From a virus (taxonomy: Duplodnaviria > Caudoviricetes), in the IMG/VR virus record IMGVR_UViG_3300042807_000264, positions 1 to 46,131 of that record: DNA of 46,131 nt; one strand, given 5' to 3'. The notes beneath the pieces were generated by a model. It did not search any database. It saw nothing but the letters and a program-made list of their open reading frames with translations, and was not told the origin of the DNA. The position numbers were made by a program, and so were the translations under genes. Below, in pieces: positions 1 through 8,494 of this stretch (position 1 is its first letter; each line of letters starts with the position of its first letter).

Positions 1-760
1 CTTTTATACCGTGCCAGTTGTTCTTGTGGATTACTGAATTTATTTCTAGCTCAAAATTTAATTGTTTTACTTGATTAATAAATTTAATAATATCATTCCA
101 TTTGCTACCGTTTCGAACTTTATCATTAAGCTCTCCAAAGCCATCAATACTTACTGTAAATTTAACATGTTTAAATTTCTTTAGTTCGTTAACAGTTGCA
201 TCATCTAGTAAAAATGTACCATTAGTGTTATACTCAATTGTTACATGTTCTTTGTTTAAAATTTTGTTTAAAAGTTTTAGATGCCTAGACGTCATCAAAG
301 GCTCGCCGCCTAAAAATAAAACTTTATTTACTGTGTGCGGGACTGATTTAATTTCATGCGTAGTCCTGACAGTTTTTTCTAAATTTAATTTTTTTGCCCA
401 CGAACTACTAAAATTAGGACTGCAACCGTCACAAGTCAAGTTGCAAATATTATCAAAACCTATTTCCAAAAATTCTAAGGTTACATAATCAGATTCATAG
501 TTGTCATTGAACCAGTTTCTAAGACTGTATGCTCCTATCGACTCTTCATAATAACATTTTTGACAGCCATCTATTTTTAAACCGGACGAATTTTTTTTAC
601 GCAGCTCGTTATATTCTTCACTATGTAAGGTCGAGTCTAAGTCACCATCAAACTTCTGTATAGGATACTTAAATCGACAGCACGGAAACACTTCATCATT
701 TGATCGAACATTAGCGTGTTTCCAAAATGCAGAACATATTGTACTCTGTAAATCGGTCAT
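1..760 (-). CDS. Radical SAM enzyme with N-terminal twitch/SPASM-like Cys cluster (runs off the window edge; not in the ORF track)
   Basis: Hand translation from ATG at 760 (ATGA overlap with the UvsW stop): MTDLQSTICSAFWKH...FPCCRF...GCQKCYYEE...GFDNICNLTCDGCSPNFSSSW...FLGGEPL. Contains the CxxxCxxC and GGEP radical SAM motifs. Confidence 0.85.
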   Translation of the reverse strand, partial: MTDLQSTICSAFWKHANVRSNDEVFPCCRFKYPIQKFDGDLDSTLHSEEYNELRKKNSSGLKIDGCQKCYYEESIGAYSLRNWFNDNYESDYVTLEFLEIGFDNICNLTCDGCSPNFSSSWAKKLNLEKTVRTTHEIKSVPHTVNKVLFLGGEPLMTSRHLKLLNKILNKEHVTIEYNTNGTFLLDDATVNELKKFKHVKFTVSIDGFGELNDKVRNGSKWNDIIKFINQVKQLNFELEINSVIHKNNWHGIK

Positions 761-2214
761 TTGTATTCAACCTTAGTCATTGTGAATCTAAAGTTTTGCT
801 CTTTGTAGTATTCTTTACGCTTAGTCATATGACGCTTGCTGTATTTTAAACTACTAGTAAGATCAACTACCTGTAAGTAGTCCTTATCGCTAGCTTTGCG
901 GATACCTCGTCCAATGCTCTGGATAACCCTAACAAAGCTCTTTCCGGGTTCCAGAAGAACCAGATTAAAAATCCTAGGAATATTAATACCCACAGCGGCC
1001 ACACCATAAGTCGCCACAATAATCTTATTATTAGCGTCCGAAACTTCGTCATATTCTTTTTGTCTATCGTTGGTTTTCATTTCGCCGCTGATGAATACCC
1101 AGTCTGGATTACGCTCCATTAGCATCTCACCTGTAGCGATACGATCAATAAGCACCAGAGTATTACCACTGTTGCTCAGCCCTTTTACAATGTTACTGAT
1201 CTGATCAATACGCTTAGGGTCAGTAACCAACCATTTAAGCTCTTGTGCATAACTGCTAAACCCTAACACACCATCCTGCAACTGTAGAATGTTAATGTCT
1301 AGATCAGCAAGCACACCCATGTCCTGTAATTCTTTACTGCTAAGGTTACCTACAACAGGACCAATACTGCAAACGCAACCCACTGCTTCGTATTCGTCCT
1401 TAGGGATGGTACCTGTTAGTCCCCATCGGATAGGAACATTGCGGAAGATACCACTTAGTTGATCTCGCAACACATCTGCTTTAGCCTTGTGTACCTCGTC
1501 TACCATTACGCATACAACACCATCTAGGAATTGCTCTACGTCAATATCTGCTACACCTTCTTTGGTTTTCTTTTCTAGGATAGCAAGACTCTGCCAAGTA
1601 CAAATAGTGTGCGTCTTACCAAACTCTTTTCTATCACCAAAGAACACACCAACATCAAGTCCCATATTCTTGTAATCTTTTTCTGTTTGGACTACAAGGT
1701 CTTTGTTAGGAACGATAACAATACTACGCCCATATGGTTCACACTTGTGACTTAGTACTGCGGTAATAAGTGTTTTGCCTGCGCCTGTAGCAATTTGCTG
1801 TAAGCATTGCGGATTGTCTAAAAAGCGATTGATAACCTCAACTTGGTAGTCACGTAAAAGGATAGGTTCGCCGGCACGTGGATGTTTAGCAGGCCACGCA
1901 ATATTATCATAGTCTGTCTGTGTTACCGGATCAAAAGAGAAGTTCCAAGTTTGTCGTTGATCATCCACCTCAACTTGGTATCCGTCACCTACTACAATAG
2001 GCAGCAACTTGTCTAGCAAATTAAAATAAGTGCGACCACCAACATCACAATAGCGAATGCATCCGTCCCAACGACCCAACTTATAAGCTGGCATATGATA
2101 CGCATAGGGCAAGAAATACTTTACAGCGTCAGATATCTTACGCCGTGTCTTTACATCAAGTCCAACAAACTTGACATTCACTTCATCTCTTATTTCTAAT
2201 GTAACTTTTTGCAT
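757..2214 (-). CDS. uvsW: SF2 DNA helicase, T4 UvsW-like
   Basis: LRDYQ Q-motif, ATGAGKT Walker A, VDEVH, GLTGT, QSIGRGIR motif VI, and the N-terminal GRWDG motif typical of UvsW. Confidence 0.92.
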   Translation of the reverse strand: MQKVTLEIRDEVNVKFVGLDVKTRRKISDAVKYFLPYAYHMPAYKLGRWDGCIRYCDVGGRTYFNLLDKLLPIVVGDGYQVEVDDQRQTWNFSFDPVTQTDYDNIAWPAKHPRAGEPILLRDYQVEVINRFLDNPQCLQQIATGAGKTLITAVLSHKCEPYGRSIVIVPNKDLVVQTEKDYKNMGLDVGVFFGDRKEFGKTHTICTWQSLAILEKKTKEGVADIDVEQFLDGVVCVMVDEVHKAKADVLRDQLSGIFRNVPIRWGLTGTIPKDEYEAVGCVCSIGPVVGNLSSKELQDMGVLADLDINILQLQDGVLGFSSYAQELKWLVTDPKRIDQISNIVKGLSNSGNTLVLIDRIATGEMLMERNPDWVFISGEMKTNDRQKEYDEVSDANNKIIVATYGVAAVGINIPRIFNLVLLEPGKSFVRVIQSIGRGIRKASDKDYLQVVDLTSSLKYSKRHMTKRKEYYKEQNFRFTMTKVEYK

Positions 2215-2221
2215 ACTATAC

Positions 2222-2251
2222 TAATTTATACTACTTCCAATGATTTGTCAA
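2222..2251 (-). promoter_or_regulatory. sigma70-like promoter for uvsW
   Basis: Minus strand reads TTGACA-N17-TAAATT just upstream of the ATG at 2214. Confidence 0.55.
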
Positions 2252-2262
2252 GTGGCAAATGC

Positions 2263-2294
2263 AAAAAATCCCCCGGGTATTACTACCCGAGGGA
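2263..2294 (-). terminator. Intrinsic terminator after the AAA ATPase gene
   Basis: Minus strand TCCCTCGGGTAGTAATACCCGGGGGA hairpin followed by TTTTTT. Confidence 0.75.
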
Positions 2295-2318
2295 GCCTGC
2301 CTAACCAGTGGGAGGTGC

Positions 2319-3344
2319 TTAGGCAAAACGCTTCATACATGTACTCTCTGCAAGATCCTTCCAGTTCTCTGGAGCCATCTTCTTAAGGTCAGCTACCTTG
2401 AGCACCATACGCAAGCTAACTTCACGGAGTCGGTTAGCCTTCTCAATCATAAAGTCAACAACTTCCTGCTCGCCTTCGTCACCGAAGTCGTACTCGTTGA
2501 GCATGCCGTCCTTAACAATTTGGTTAATACGCAAGAAGCGGTCTTCAATGCTGTCCATCTCAAGGTCAATGTAGTGACAACGTGACATCAACGCTTCCAA
2601 GTGATCTTGGATCTTCTTGCTACGCACGTTTTCAAAGTTAACGTTCGTGATAAAGATACAGCCGCCCTTAAAGTCAAAACGGTCTGGAATGCCTTCGCGG
2701 CGCAGAGCATTACTTTCACTCTTCCAACTAATGGTACGCTTCTTGCCTGAGTCCAGCACAGCCTTGAGCATGTTCAAACACACTTCATCAAACAAGATGC
2801 TATCACAGTCGTCAAACACAAGAATGTTACCATCCTGGCTGTTATTGTACAGCGTCTGGAACAAACCAATTGGGGTCATTGAACCTTTAACAACTTCTGT
2901 GCGCGGATTCTTACCGCCGGCGAGCTTGTGCATCGCTTCATATTCGTCAAGGATACGCTCAACACCAAAACTCTTACCAACGCCTGGAGGGCCGCTAACA
3001 ATCAAACCACGAACAACACTATTCGCAACAGCATCAGTCATTTGGTCGAGAATTGCAAAACGCTTACGGATACGATCCATTGCTTCTTCAGGCGTTTCTG
3101 TAATCTTCTCGCTCTTTAGAGGAGTCATCTGTGTGACAGTCTCACCTTCTGAGGTGATATATTCAAATGCATCAGGTCCTTCAAGCAACACGCGAATTGC
3201 TCCTTTATCTTCACCCAACAGTGCGCGGGCGTCGACTGTAGCGAACATGCCCTTCTTGCCAATGTTAACTGGCTTCACCATTGGAAATACAGTGTTAATG
3301 ATTGGGCTGTTACGGTAACTGCCCTGCTTAATATTAATTAACAT
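2319..3344 (-). CDS. AAA+-type P-loop ATPase of unknown function
   Basis: GPPGVGKS Walker A, LVFDDCD Walker B, IFITN sensor 1, SRC arginine finger. Start moved to ATG 3344 because a GGGAG Shine-Dalgarno precedes it. Confidence 0.85.
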   Translation of the reverse strand: MLINIKQGSYRNSPIINTVFPMVKPVNIGKKGMFATVDARALLGEDKGAIRVLLEGPDAFEYITSEGETVTQMTPLKSEKITETPEEAMDRIRKRFAILDQMTDAVANSVVRGLIVSGPPGVGKSFGVERILDEYEAMHKLAGGKNPRTEVVKGSMTPIGLFQTLYNNSQDGNILVFDDCDSILFDEVCLNMLKAVLDSGKKRTISWKSESNALRREGIPDRFDFKGGCIFITNVNFENVRSKKIQDHLEALMSRCHYIDLEMDSIEDRFLRINQIVKDGMLNEYDFGDEGEQEVVDFMIEKANRLREVSLRMVLKVADLKKMAPENWKDLAESTCMKRFA

Positions 3345-3383
3345 AACTTTTTGCTCCCACACAAAAATTTAACTTACTTGTAC

Positions 3384-3411
3384 AGTATAGCAGGATTTGC
3401 AGTACTGTCAA
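3384..3411 (-). promoter_or_regulatory. Host-RNAP (early) promoter for the AAA ATPase
   Basis: Minus strand CGG-TTGACA-N16-TATACT, with TGC directly before the -10. Confidence 0.75.
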
Positions 3412-3563
3412 CCGAAAATTGCTTCTAAAATCCACCAAAACATAAACCATGCCCAAATAGCACCAATAATAACTGAAAAAATATCGGCAGTAGCGGGGAT
3501 AACATCTTTCCAGAAGTACCCAACTAAAACAACCAGTCCAATTATTAGCAATACAGTGAGCAT
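3408..3563 (-). CDS. 51-aa two-transmembrane small protein (not in the ORF track)
   Basis: MLTVLLIIGLVVLVGYFWKDVIPATADIFSVIIGAIWAWFMFWWILEAIFG*. AGGGA Shine-Dalgarno and its own promoter upstream. Confidence 0.7.
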   Translation of the reverse strand: MLTVLLIIGLVVLVGYFWKDVIPATADIFSVIIGAIWAWFMFWWILEAIFG

Positions 3564-3585
3564 CGTTTTTTGTCCCTATATACAT

Positions 3586-3613
3586 ATAATAGCAGAAACT
3601 GGGCATAAGTCAA
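3586..3613 (-). promoter_or_regulatory. Host-RNAP (early) promoter for the small membrane protein
   Basis: Minus strand CGG-TTGACT-N16-TATTAT, with TGC before the -10. Same layout as 3384-3411. Confidence 0.65.
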
Positions 3614-3640
3614 CCGATTTTTTGTTGTTTTTTAGCCACA

Positions 3641-3680
3641 AAAAAGCCCTTATAAATCAATGACTTACAAGGGCTAAAAA
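3641..3680 (-). terminator. Inverted repeat, probable terminator or regulatory site
   Basis: Minus strand AGCCCTTGTAAGTCATTGATTTATAAGGGCT followed by TTTT. Confidence 0.5.
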
Positions 3681-3709
3681 TTTGTTAAAAAACAACAACT
3701 TATCGAAGG

Positions 3710-4036
3710 TTATTGCTCTCTACATGTACGCTCTTTGTACACTTGCCCATCGCTGGTCATAATTTCTTTCCATTCACTGCATACAATCACCTTTGTAACT
3801 GTTACAGGAGCAGACTGAACAATAACTTGCTTTGTTTCTTTTTCTTTTGCGTCTGCAATAACGGCACCTAAAATAACACCACCAATTAATGGTGCTACCC
3901 AATTGTCACGATGTATAATCACGGGACCATGTCTATGATGATGCTGAGTTTTATAACCATTGCGATAATGGTGGCCGCCGGCTACTGCTGGAGTAGCTAC
4001 TGCTAGAGCTAAAAATAGTGCTATAACCTGTTTCAT
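3710..4036 (-). CDS. Small secreted protein (signal peptide, His-rich tract, glycine-zipper-like hydrophobic stretch, Cys pair)
   Basis: MKQVIALFLALAVATPAVA signal peptide, QHHHRH, APLIGGVILGAVIA; AGGA Shine-Dalgarno. Confidence 0.7.
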   Translation of the reverse strand: MKQVIALFLALAVATPAVAGGHHYRNGYKTQHHHRHGPVIIHRDNWVAPLIGGVILGAVIADAKEKETKQVIVQSAPVTVTKVIVCSEWKEIMTSDGQVYKERTCREQ

Positions 4037-4045
4037 GAATATTCC

Positions 4046-4177
4046 TTACCTAATCACTTCGGTGTGTTTACCCTTGAGGGATTTCTTTAAAGACTTTTTC
4101 CAAAGACGCTGTTGTTCTTCTTTGTCGCCACCGATAATAGCTTCATAGTATTTCATAATTAGTTTTTTAACTTTCAT
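4046..4177 (-). CDS. 43-aa basic hypothetical protein (not in the ORF track)
   Basis: MKVKKLIMKYYEAIIGGDKEEQQRLWKKSLKKSLKGKHTEVIR*, with AGGGGG Shine-Dalgarno. Fills the gap between uvsY and the next gene. Confidence 0.6.
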   Translation of the reverse strand: MKVKKLIMKYYEAIIGGDKEEQQRLWKKSLKKSLKGKHTEVIR

Positions 4178-4200
4178 ACAAATACCCCCTATAACATTAT

Positions 4201-4662
4201 TTAGCTAATCACAATATCTTCCATGCCTGCGGTACGTAGTCTTGTAATATGACCAATTTGCCACTGTTTGGTATCCAGGCCTTTCATGATACCTAAAAAC
4301 TTATTGCGTAATAAACTAAACTGGTTGCATAGGTGAGTGAGTGTAATAACACTTTCCTCACCGTCAACAAACTTCTCTGCATCTCTGCTACTGAGTTGTC
4401 TGTTGTATGCTTCCAAATACTTTCTAAACACCTTGCTACGCTCTTTGCGTAACTCAATATTCAAGTGTTCGAGAATAGCTTCAATCTCTTGTAGTTGATT
4501 GAAGCGATGCTCTGTGATACCAGGTAGAGCAGAACTAGATTTCTCTAGACTGCCCTTGATACGACATTCGTACTTGGCATTTTCAAGTTCGTCCTCAAAG
4601 TAGTCAATACAAAGAACAATATTGCCTAGGTCATCTACAATCTTGTTATACCAAGTACTCAT
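4201..4662 (-). CDS. uvsY: Recombination mediator UvsY-like
   Basis: Helical 153-aa protein with LSSRDAEKFVDGEE and KGLDTKQWQI motifs, clustered with uvsX, gp32 and uvsW. Confidence 0.7.
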   Translation of the reverse strand: MSTWYNKIVDDLGNIVLCIDYFEDELENAKYECRIKGSLEKSSSALPGITEHRFNQLQEIEAILEHLNIELRKERSKVFRKYLEAYNRQLSSRDAEKFVDGEESVITLTHLCNQFSLLRNKFLGIMKGLDTKQWQIGHITRLRTAGMEDIVIS

Positions 4663-4664
4663 GC

Positions 4665-4910
4665 TTAATCCCAGTCAGTGTTATAATCGTCATCTTCTTC
4701 ATCTGTATCTAACAGATAATCAAAATGACTTTTAATGGCTGCTTTCATTGCTGAATCAAAACTTTGAACATGCTCTTCGATGTCATCTAAACTTAGATGA
4801 TCTTCAAAGGTTCTCAAAATTGTTTCTGCAAATTCAACTCGATCCTTCTTTGGGATATGTACTTTTACAATATCCCATAGTTCGTCAAGCAGTGCAACTT
4901 CAGGACTCAT
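4665..4910 (-). CDS. Acidic hypothetical protein
   Basis: ATG at 4910 follows a GGAGG Shine-Dalgarno inside the end of uvsX; acidic C-terminal tail. Confidence 0.7.
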   Translation of the reverse strand: MSPEVALLDELWDIVKVHIPKKDRVEFAETILRTFEDHLSLDDIEEHVQSFDSAMKAAIKSHFDYLLDTDEEDDDYNTDWD

Positions 4911-6006
4911 CTGCGTATTCCTCCGGTGTTGGTTCAAAATCATCGGCAGAAGCGTCCTCTACAGTATCCTTACTGGCAAGAGGATTTTGCTTCCACTCGT
5001 CAATAATTATCTGTAGCTTGGCTCCTGTCCAACCTTTTCTGAACTCCTTAATAAGTTCACCGGTAACAGGAGAAGTGTAAGCCAGCTTGTTACCTTCTTT
5101 AGCCAAGATGCCCTTTGCTTCAAACATGTCTAAAAGTCCACTATATGGATCCATGCCTGACTCATAAGGAATCTTAATCTGTACGCTTTCAAAGGGCTTG
5201 CTGTAACGAGTTTTCATCACCTTACAAGCACTACGAATGCCTCGGACTTCGCTGATCTTATTGCCGTCCTCATCTTCCTTGAGCTTGAGCTTACGCATTG
5301 CAACAACAATACTTGATGCATAGATAAATCCTTGACCACCTGAGATCTTGTCGTCTGGGTCAAACATATCCTGACTTGCATATGTATGGTTAGTTGCAAT
5401 TAATGCAATTGGATAAGGAGCAATCTGGTTAACAGTGTTTCTTACCAATGCAGTTAGTGCCTTGGGCTTACGACCCATGTCACCTTTCATGTCACCCTTC
5501 TGGAACTGATCTACGTCAGTTGGAGTGAGCAACATGCCCAAACTATCAATTACGAAAATTAGCTTGGGCTGGTCTTCGTAGGGTAGGTCACCATAATTAG
5601 ACTTATAGTCTTTCATGAAGTCGGAAATGGCTTTAGCGACATCATCAATCATGCTAACACTAATACGAAGTAGCTTTTCTGGGCTGGTATCGACCTCTAG
5701 TGCCTTCAACCATTCTTCGTCAAGTGCGTTCTCGGAGTCAAAGAGAACGACTTGGCAGCCCGATTGTTGTGCGTGACGCACAATATTGCCGGAACAAATA
5801 AAACTTTTACCTGAACCTGATTCACCAGCAAACACACTTACCTTGCCTAGTGGAATACCTTTGTTAAAGTCTCCACTAATAAGATAGTTTAGTGTGTAGT
5901 TACCAGTGCTGATCCAATCACGTGGATCGTGAAAGCCAGCACTGATACCGGTGATGCTTTTAGTTAGACCAGTACGAAACTTGGTCAAGTCAAATGGTTT
6001 CTGCAT
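4900..6006 (-). CDS. uvsX: RecA-like recombinase UvsX
   Basis: ISTG, GESGSGKS Walker A, FDSENA, VIDSLG Walker B, TNH, SGG.GF.YASS, KTR. Confidence 0.93.
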   Translation of the reverse strand: MQKPFDLTKFRTGLTKSITGISAGFHDPRDWISTGNYTLNYLISGDFNKGIPLGKVSVFAGESGSGKSFICSGNIVRHAQQSGCQVVLFDSENALDEEWLKALEVDTSPEKLLRISVSMIDDVAKAISDFMKDYKSNYGDLPYEDQPKLIFVIDSLGMLLTPTDVDQFQKGDMKGDMGRKPKALTALVRNTVNQIAPYPIALIATNHTYASQDMFDPDDKISGGQGFIYASSIVVAMRKLKLKEDEDGNKISEVRGIRSACKVMKTRYSKPFESVQIKIPYESGMDPYSGLLDMFEAKGILAKEGNKLAYTSPVTGELIKEFRKGWTGAKLQIIIDEWKQNPLASKDTVEDASADDFEPTPEEYADES

Positions 6007-6017
6007 GTGTTTGCTCC

Positions 6018-7034
6018 TTAACCGTTGTTACGAGCGCGAATCATTGCAAGAATATCATCTGCCGACTTTTTAGCTGTACCGCTTTCTGCTGTTAATGCTG
6101 GACCTGGCTTTGGCTCAGATGCTGTGTTAACCTTTGGTTCGTCTGCATCAAAAGGAGCAACATCATCTTCTTCTGCTACTGGAGCAGGAGCAGGCTTTGC
6201 TACTGGAGCACTTGTCTTTTGTAGAGTTGCGCTTGGTGCATTAGCAGGTACTTCAACACCATATGGCTTGTAATAGTTGCCCCAACGTGCAGGATCATAC
6301 AGATCACCATTAACACTTGCTTCAAACATTTCTGCAATAGCAGTGTAATGTTCAGCAGTTGGACGAGCAGGGAGGAATTCGTTTAGATTAAACAAACCAT
6401 GCTTGTCAATTGCCGCAAGTTCAGTTTCATCTAGACTGCGTTCCTTACGAGCCCACTTACTGGTGCTGTAGTCTGCATACTGACCCTTAGTAGTCTTAGC
6501 AAGACGGAAGTCTGTGCCGTTTAGATAATCGGTTGGGATATTCTCCATATCTGGATCCATTAGTGCCGACTTAATGATGTTGAAAATCTGAGGGCCGATT
6601 ACAAAACGGCGGATTGAATTTTCAGGAGCATCTTCGTTAAGTGGATTCTCTGTAACGAAACCTTGGAAGATATATGACTTCTTCTTCCAGTACTTACGGC
6701 CCATATCTTCTAAAGAAGGATCCTTAAACCAAGGACGTACTTCAGTTAGAATTGGACAGTTGTCACCATACATTTCACCGCAAGGTACTTGTACAGTTAC
6801 AGGCTTGTTTTCACCGCCCTTTACACCTGGGAAAGTTAGTCGAATCATCTGACGTTCGACCCAAAAGAAATCATTCTTTGAATCACCGTCTGGGAGGAAA
6901 CGTAGTACGGATGAAGCGCCTTCTTCAATATTCCAGAATGGATAAATTGCGTTATCGCTTTGAGTTTGGGAAGTGGAACCTGGTTTCGATTCCATTGCCG
7001 CGAGCTTTGCGCGGATGTCTGCTAATGAGGCCAT
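6018..7034 (-). CDS. gp32: Single-stranded DNA-binding protein, T4 gp32-like
   Basis: LRFLP, CPI, GTDF.L.K, YADYSTSKW motifs, flexible acidic C-terminus ending ADDILAMIRAR; adjacent to uvsX. Confidence 0.88.
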   Translation of the reverse strand: MASLADIRAKLAAMESKPGSTSQTQSDNAIYPFWNIEEGASSVLRFLPDGDSKNDFFWVERQMIRLTFPGVKGGENKPVTVQVPCGEMYGDNCPILTEVRPWFKDPSLEDMGRKYWKKKSYIFQGFVTENPLNEDAPENSIRRFVIGPQIFNIIKSALMDPDMENIPTDYLNGTDFRLAKTTKGQYADYSTSKWARKERSLDETELAAIDKHGLFNLNEFLPARPTAEHYTAIAEMFEASVNGDLYDPARWGNYYKPYGVEVPANAPSATLQKTSAPVAKPAPAPVAEEDDVAPFDADEPKVNTASEPKPGPALTAESGTAKKSADDILAMIRARNNG

Positions 7035-7090
7035 AATATTTCTCCTTTGCCATATGTGCCATGTTTGTTCTTTATATAAGAACTTTGTTT

Positions 7091-7147
7091 AGTTTAATGC
7101 CTAGATAGAAGAAAGTCAAGAACTTTTTTCTAACAATTTTATTTATC
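7091..7147 (-). promoter_or_regulatory. Tandem promoters for the gp32 operon (late-type GATAAATA and sigma70-like)
   Basis: GATAAATA at 7140-7147 and TTGACT-N17-TAAACT at 7091-7119. Confidence 0.6.
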
Positions 7148-7156
7148 TATACAGAA

Positions 7157-7190
7157 CAAAAAGCCCTGTATAATGTTACTTATACAGGGC
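7157..7190 (-). terminator. Intrinsic terminator
   Basis: Perfect 11-bp stem GCCCTGTATAA/TTATACAGGGC followed by a T run on the minus strand. Confidence 0.75.
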
Positions 7191-7215
7191 CATATATTTT
7201 ACTCAATTTTTCTGA

Positions 7216-8490
7216 TTAGAGCGAGGTTTCAACTGTGAACTTATCTAGAAACTGCTCATAGCGTTCTGATTCTGAAACGCTAACAGGTGTCTTAATTTTA
7301 GCTTCTGTTGCACATAGCAAGCAACTCTTAACAGTTGTGTACTCAAACTGGTTAAGTGAACCACCTGCTGTTAACTTCTTGCTTAGATTTTGTAGATAAT
7401 TACCTAACACAGGATTTTGAGCAGCATAACCCATCTGAGCAACCTGATGGCCAAGTCTTGCGTGCGGTGTTTCAAAATCAACTACATCATTTTCACTTAA
7501 CATGTCTTTGAGGTTTTCAAAGGTTTCATTTGCTATTGCACTCACAATTGTGCTTTCAAAAGATTGTTGTCTTGCCATTGCTCGCTTAATGCTATCCATT
7601 GCGTTAGCAACGCGATCATCAAAGTGTGTTTCAACAAACTGACCTTCTAAGTCAACGCTGTCCTCGAGAATTTCAACGCTGTAACGATCTTGAAGGCTTT
7701 CTACTGCTGTAGCGTATGTCTTAACACCGGATAGTTTTTCAAACATAGTTCTAATAGACTCAATGTTGTCAACTGCCATATTTACGTACTGCTCATTGGA
7801 TTCGTTCACTAGATCTGCACTACGAACATAACGAACAAAGTCGCCTAGTTGACGATACTCTTTTGCCATCTCTGTAATAGCTTGGCCTGTGCTGTCAAAC
7901 ATTTCACCACCGTTGTGAATATGACGAGCCATTGCACGAGCTGCCTTTAAACTGTTTTCAGCCATTTTAAATTTTTCTTCGCCGCGCTGAATATAGATGC
8001 TGTGGATGTTTCTGCTGCGGGCTCCGCGTGATTCCTCATTAACAGGCTTTCTATGCTTGACAACAATCTTAATGTTATCTAGTGGTTGATAGCTGGTCTT
8101 TGTACTGCCTGTCATAGTTCCAAAGCCTTCCATTACATCCGCCATATCTTTCTCCGAATTTTTAATTATGTTAATTGCTTCGCCCTTAGCTTTTAATTTT
8201 TTACCAAATACTTTGTAATCAAATGTAACTTCTGGACTAAAATTATATACAATTTTCTTTAACTGTGTTCTTAAAGGGTCGTCGCTTAGATCATCGCTGG
8301 TAGCTAAACTAACCTGCATATTGTTTAAATCTAAACGCACAAGGACGTTAGGTTCGTCCACTAAAAAGCGTGTTGCTTCCTGTGGATTTACAACTAACTT
8401 ACCTTCTGCATTATATGACTTTACAGCATATCCATATCCTTTTAACAGGTTAAAGATCTTTTCTGCAAGTTTTTGAGTGTTAACTGCCAT
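7216..8490 (-). CDS. Hypothetical phage protein, probably late or virion-associated
   Basis: 424-aa ORF with AGGAG Shine-Dalgarno and GATAAATA at 8509-8516. No catalytic motif recognised. Confidence 0.75.
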   Translation of the reverse strand: MAVNTQKLAEKIFNLLKGYGYAVKSYNAEGKLVVNPQEATRFLVDEPNVLVRLDLNNMQVSLATSDDLSDDPLRTQLKKIVYNFSPEVTFDYKVFGKKLKAKGEAINIIKNSEKDMADVMEGFGTMTGSTKTSYQPLDNIKIVVKHRKPVNEESRGARSRNIHSIYIQRGEEKFKMAENSLKAARAMARHIHNGGEMFDSTGQAITEMAKEYRQLGDFVRYVRSADLVNESNEQYVNMAVDNIESIRTMFEKLSGVKTYATAVESLQDRYSVEILEDSVDLEGQFVETHFDDRVANAMDSIKRAMARQQSFESTIVSAIANETFENLKDMLSENDVVDFETPHARLGHQVAQMGYAAQNPVLGNYLQNLSKKLTAGGSLNQFEYTTVKSCLLCATEAKIKTPVSVSESERYEQFLDKFTVETSL

Positions 8491-8494
8491 AGTA

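Noticed and set aside
3334-3663. Track ORFs 3334-3606 (-) and 3397-3663 (+)
   Set aside because: They overlap promoters and lack Shine-Dalgarnos. The alternative 3408-3563 frame has a Shine-Dalgarno, a promoter and a coherent TM pattern.
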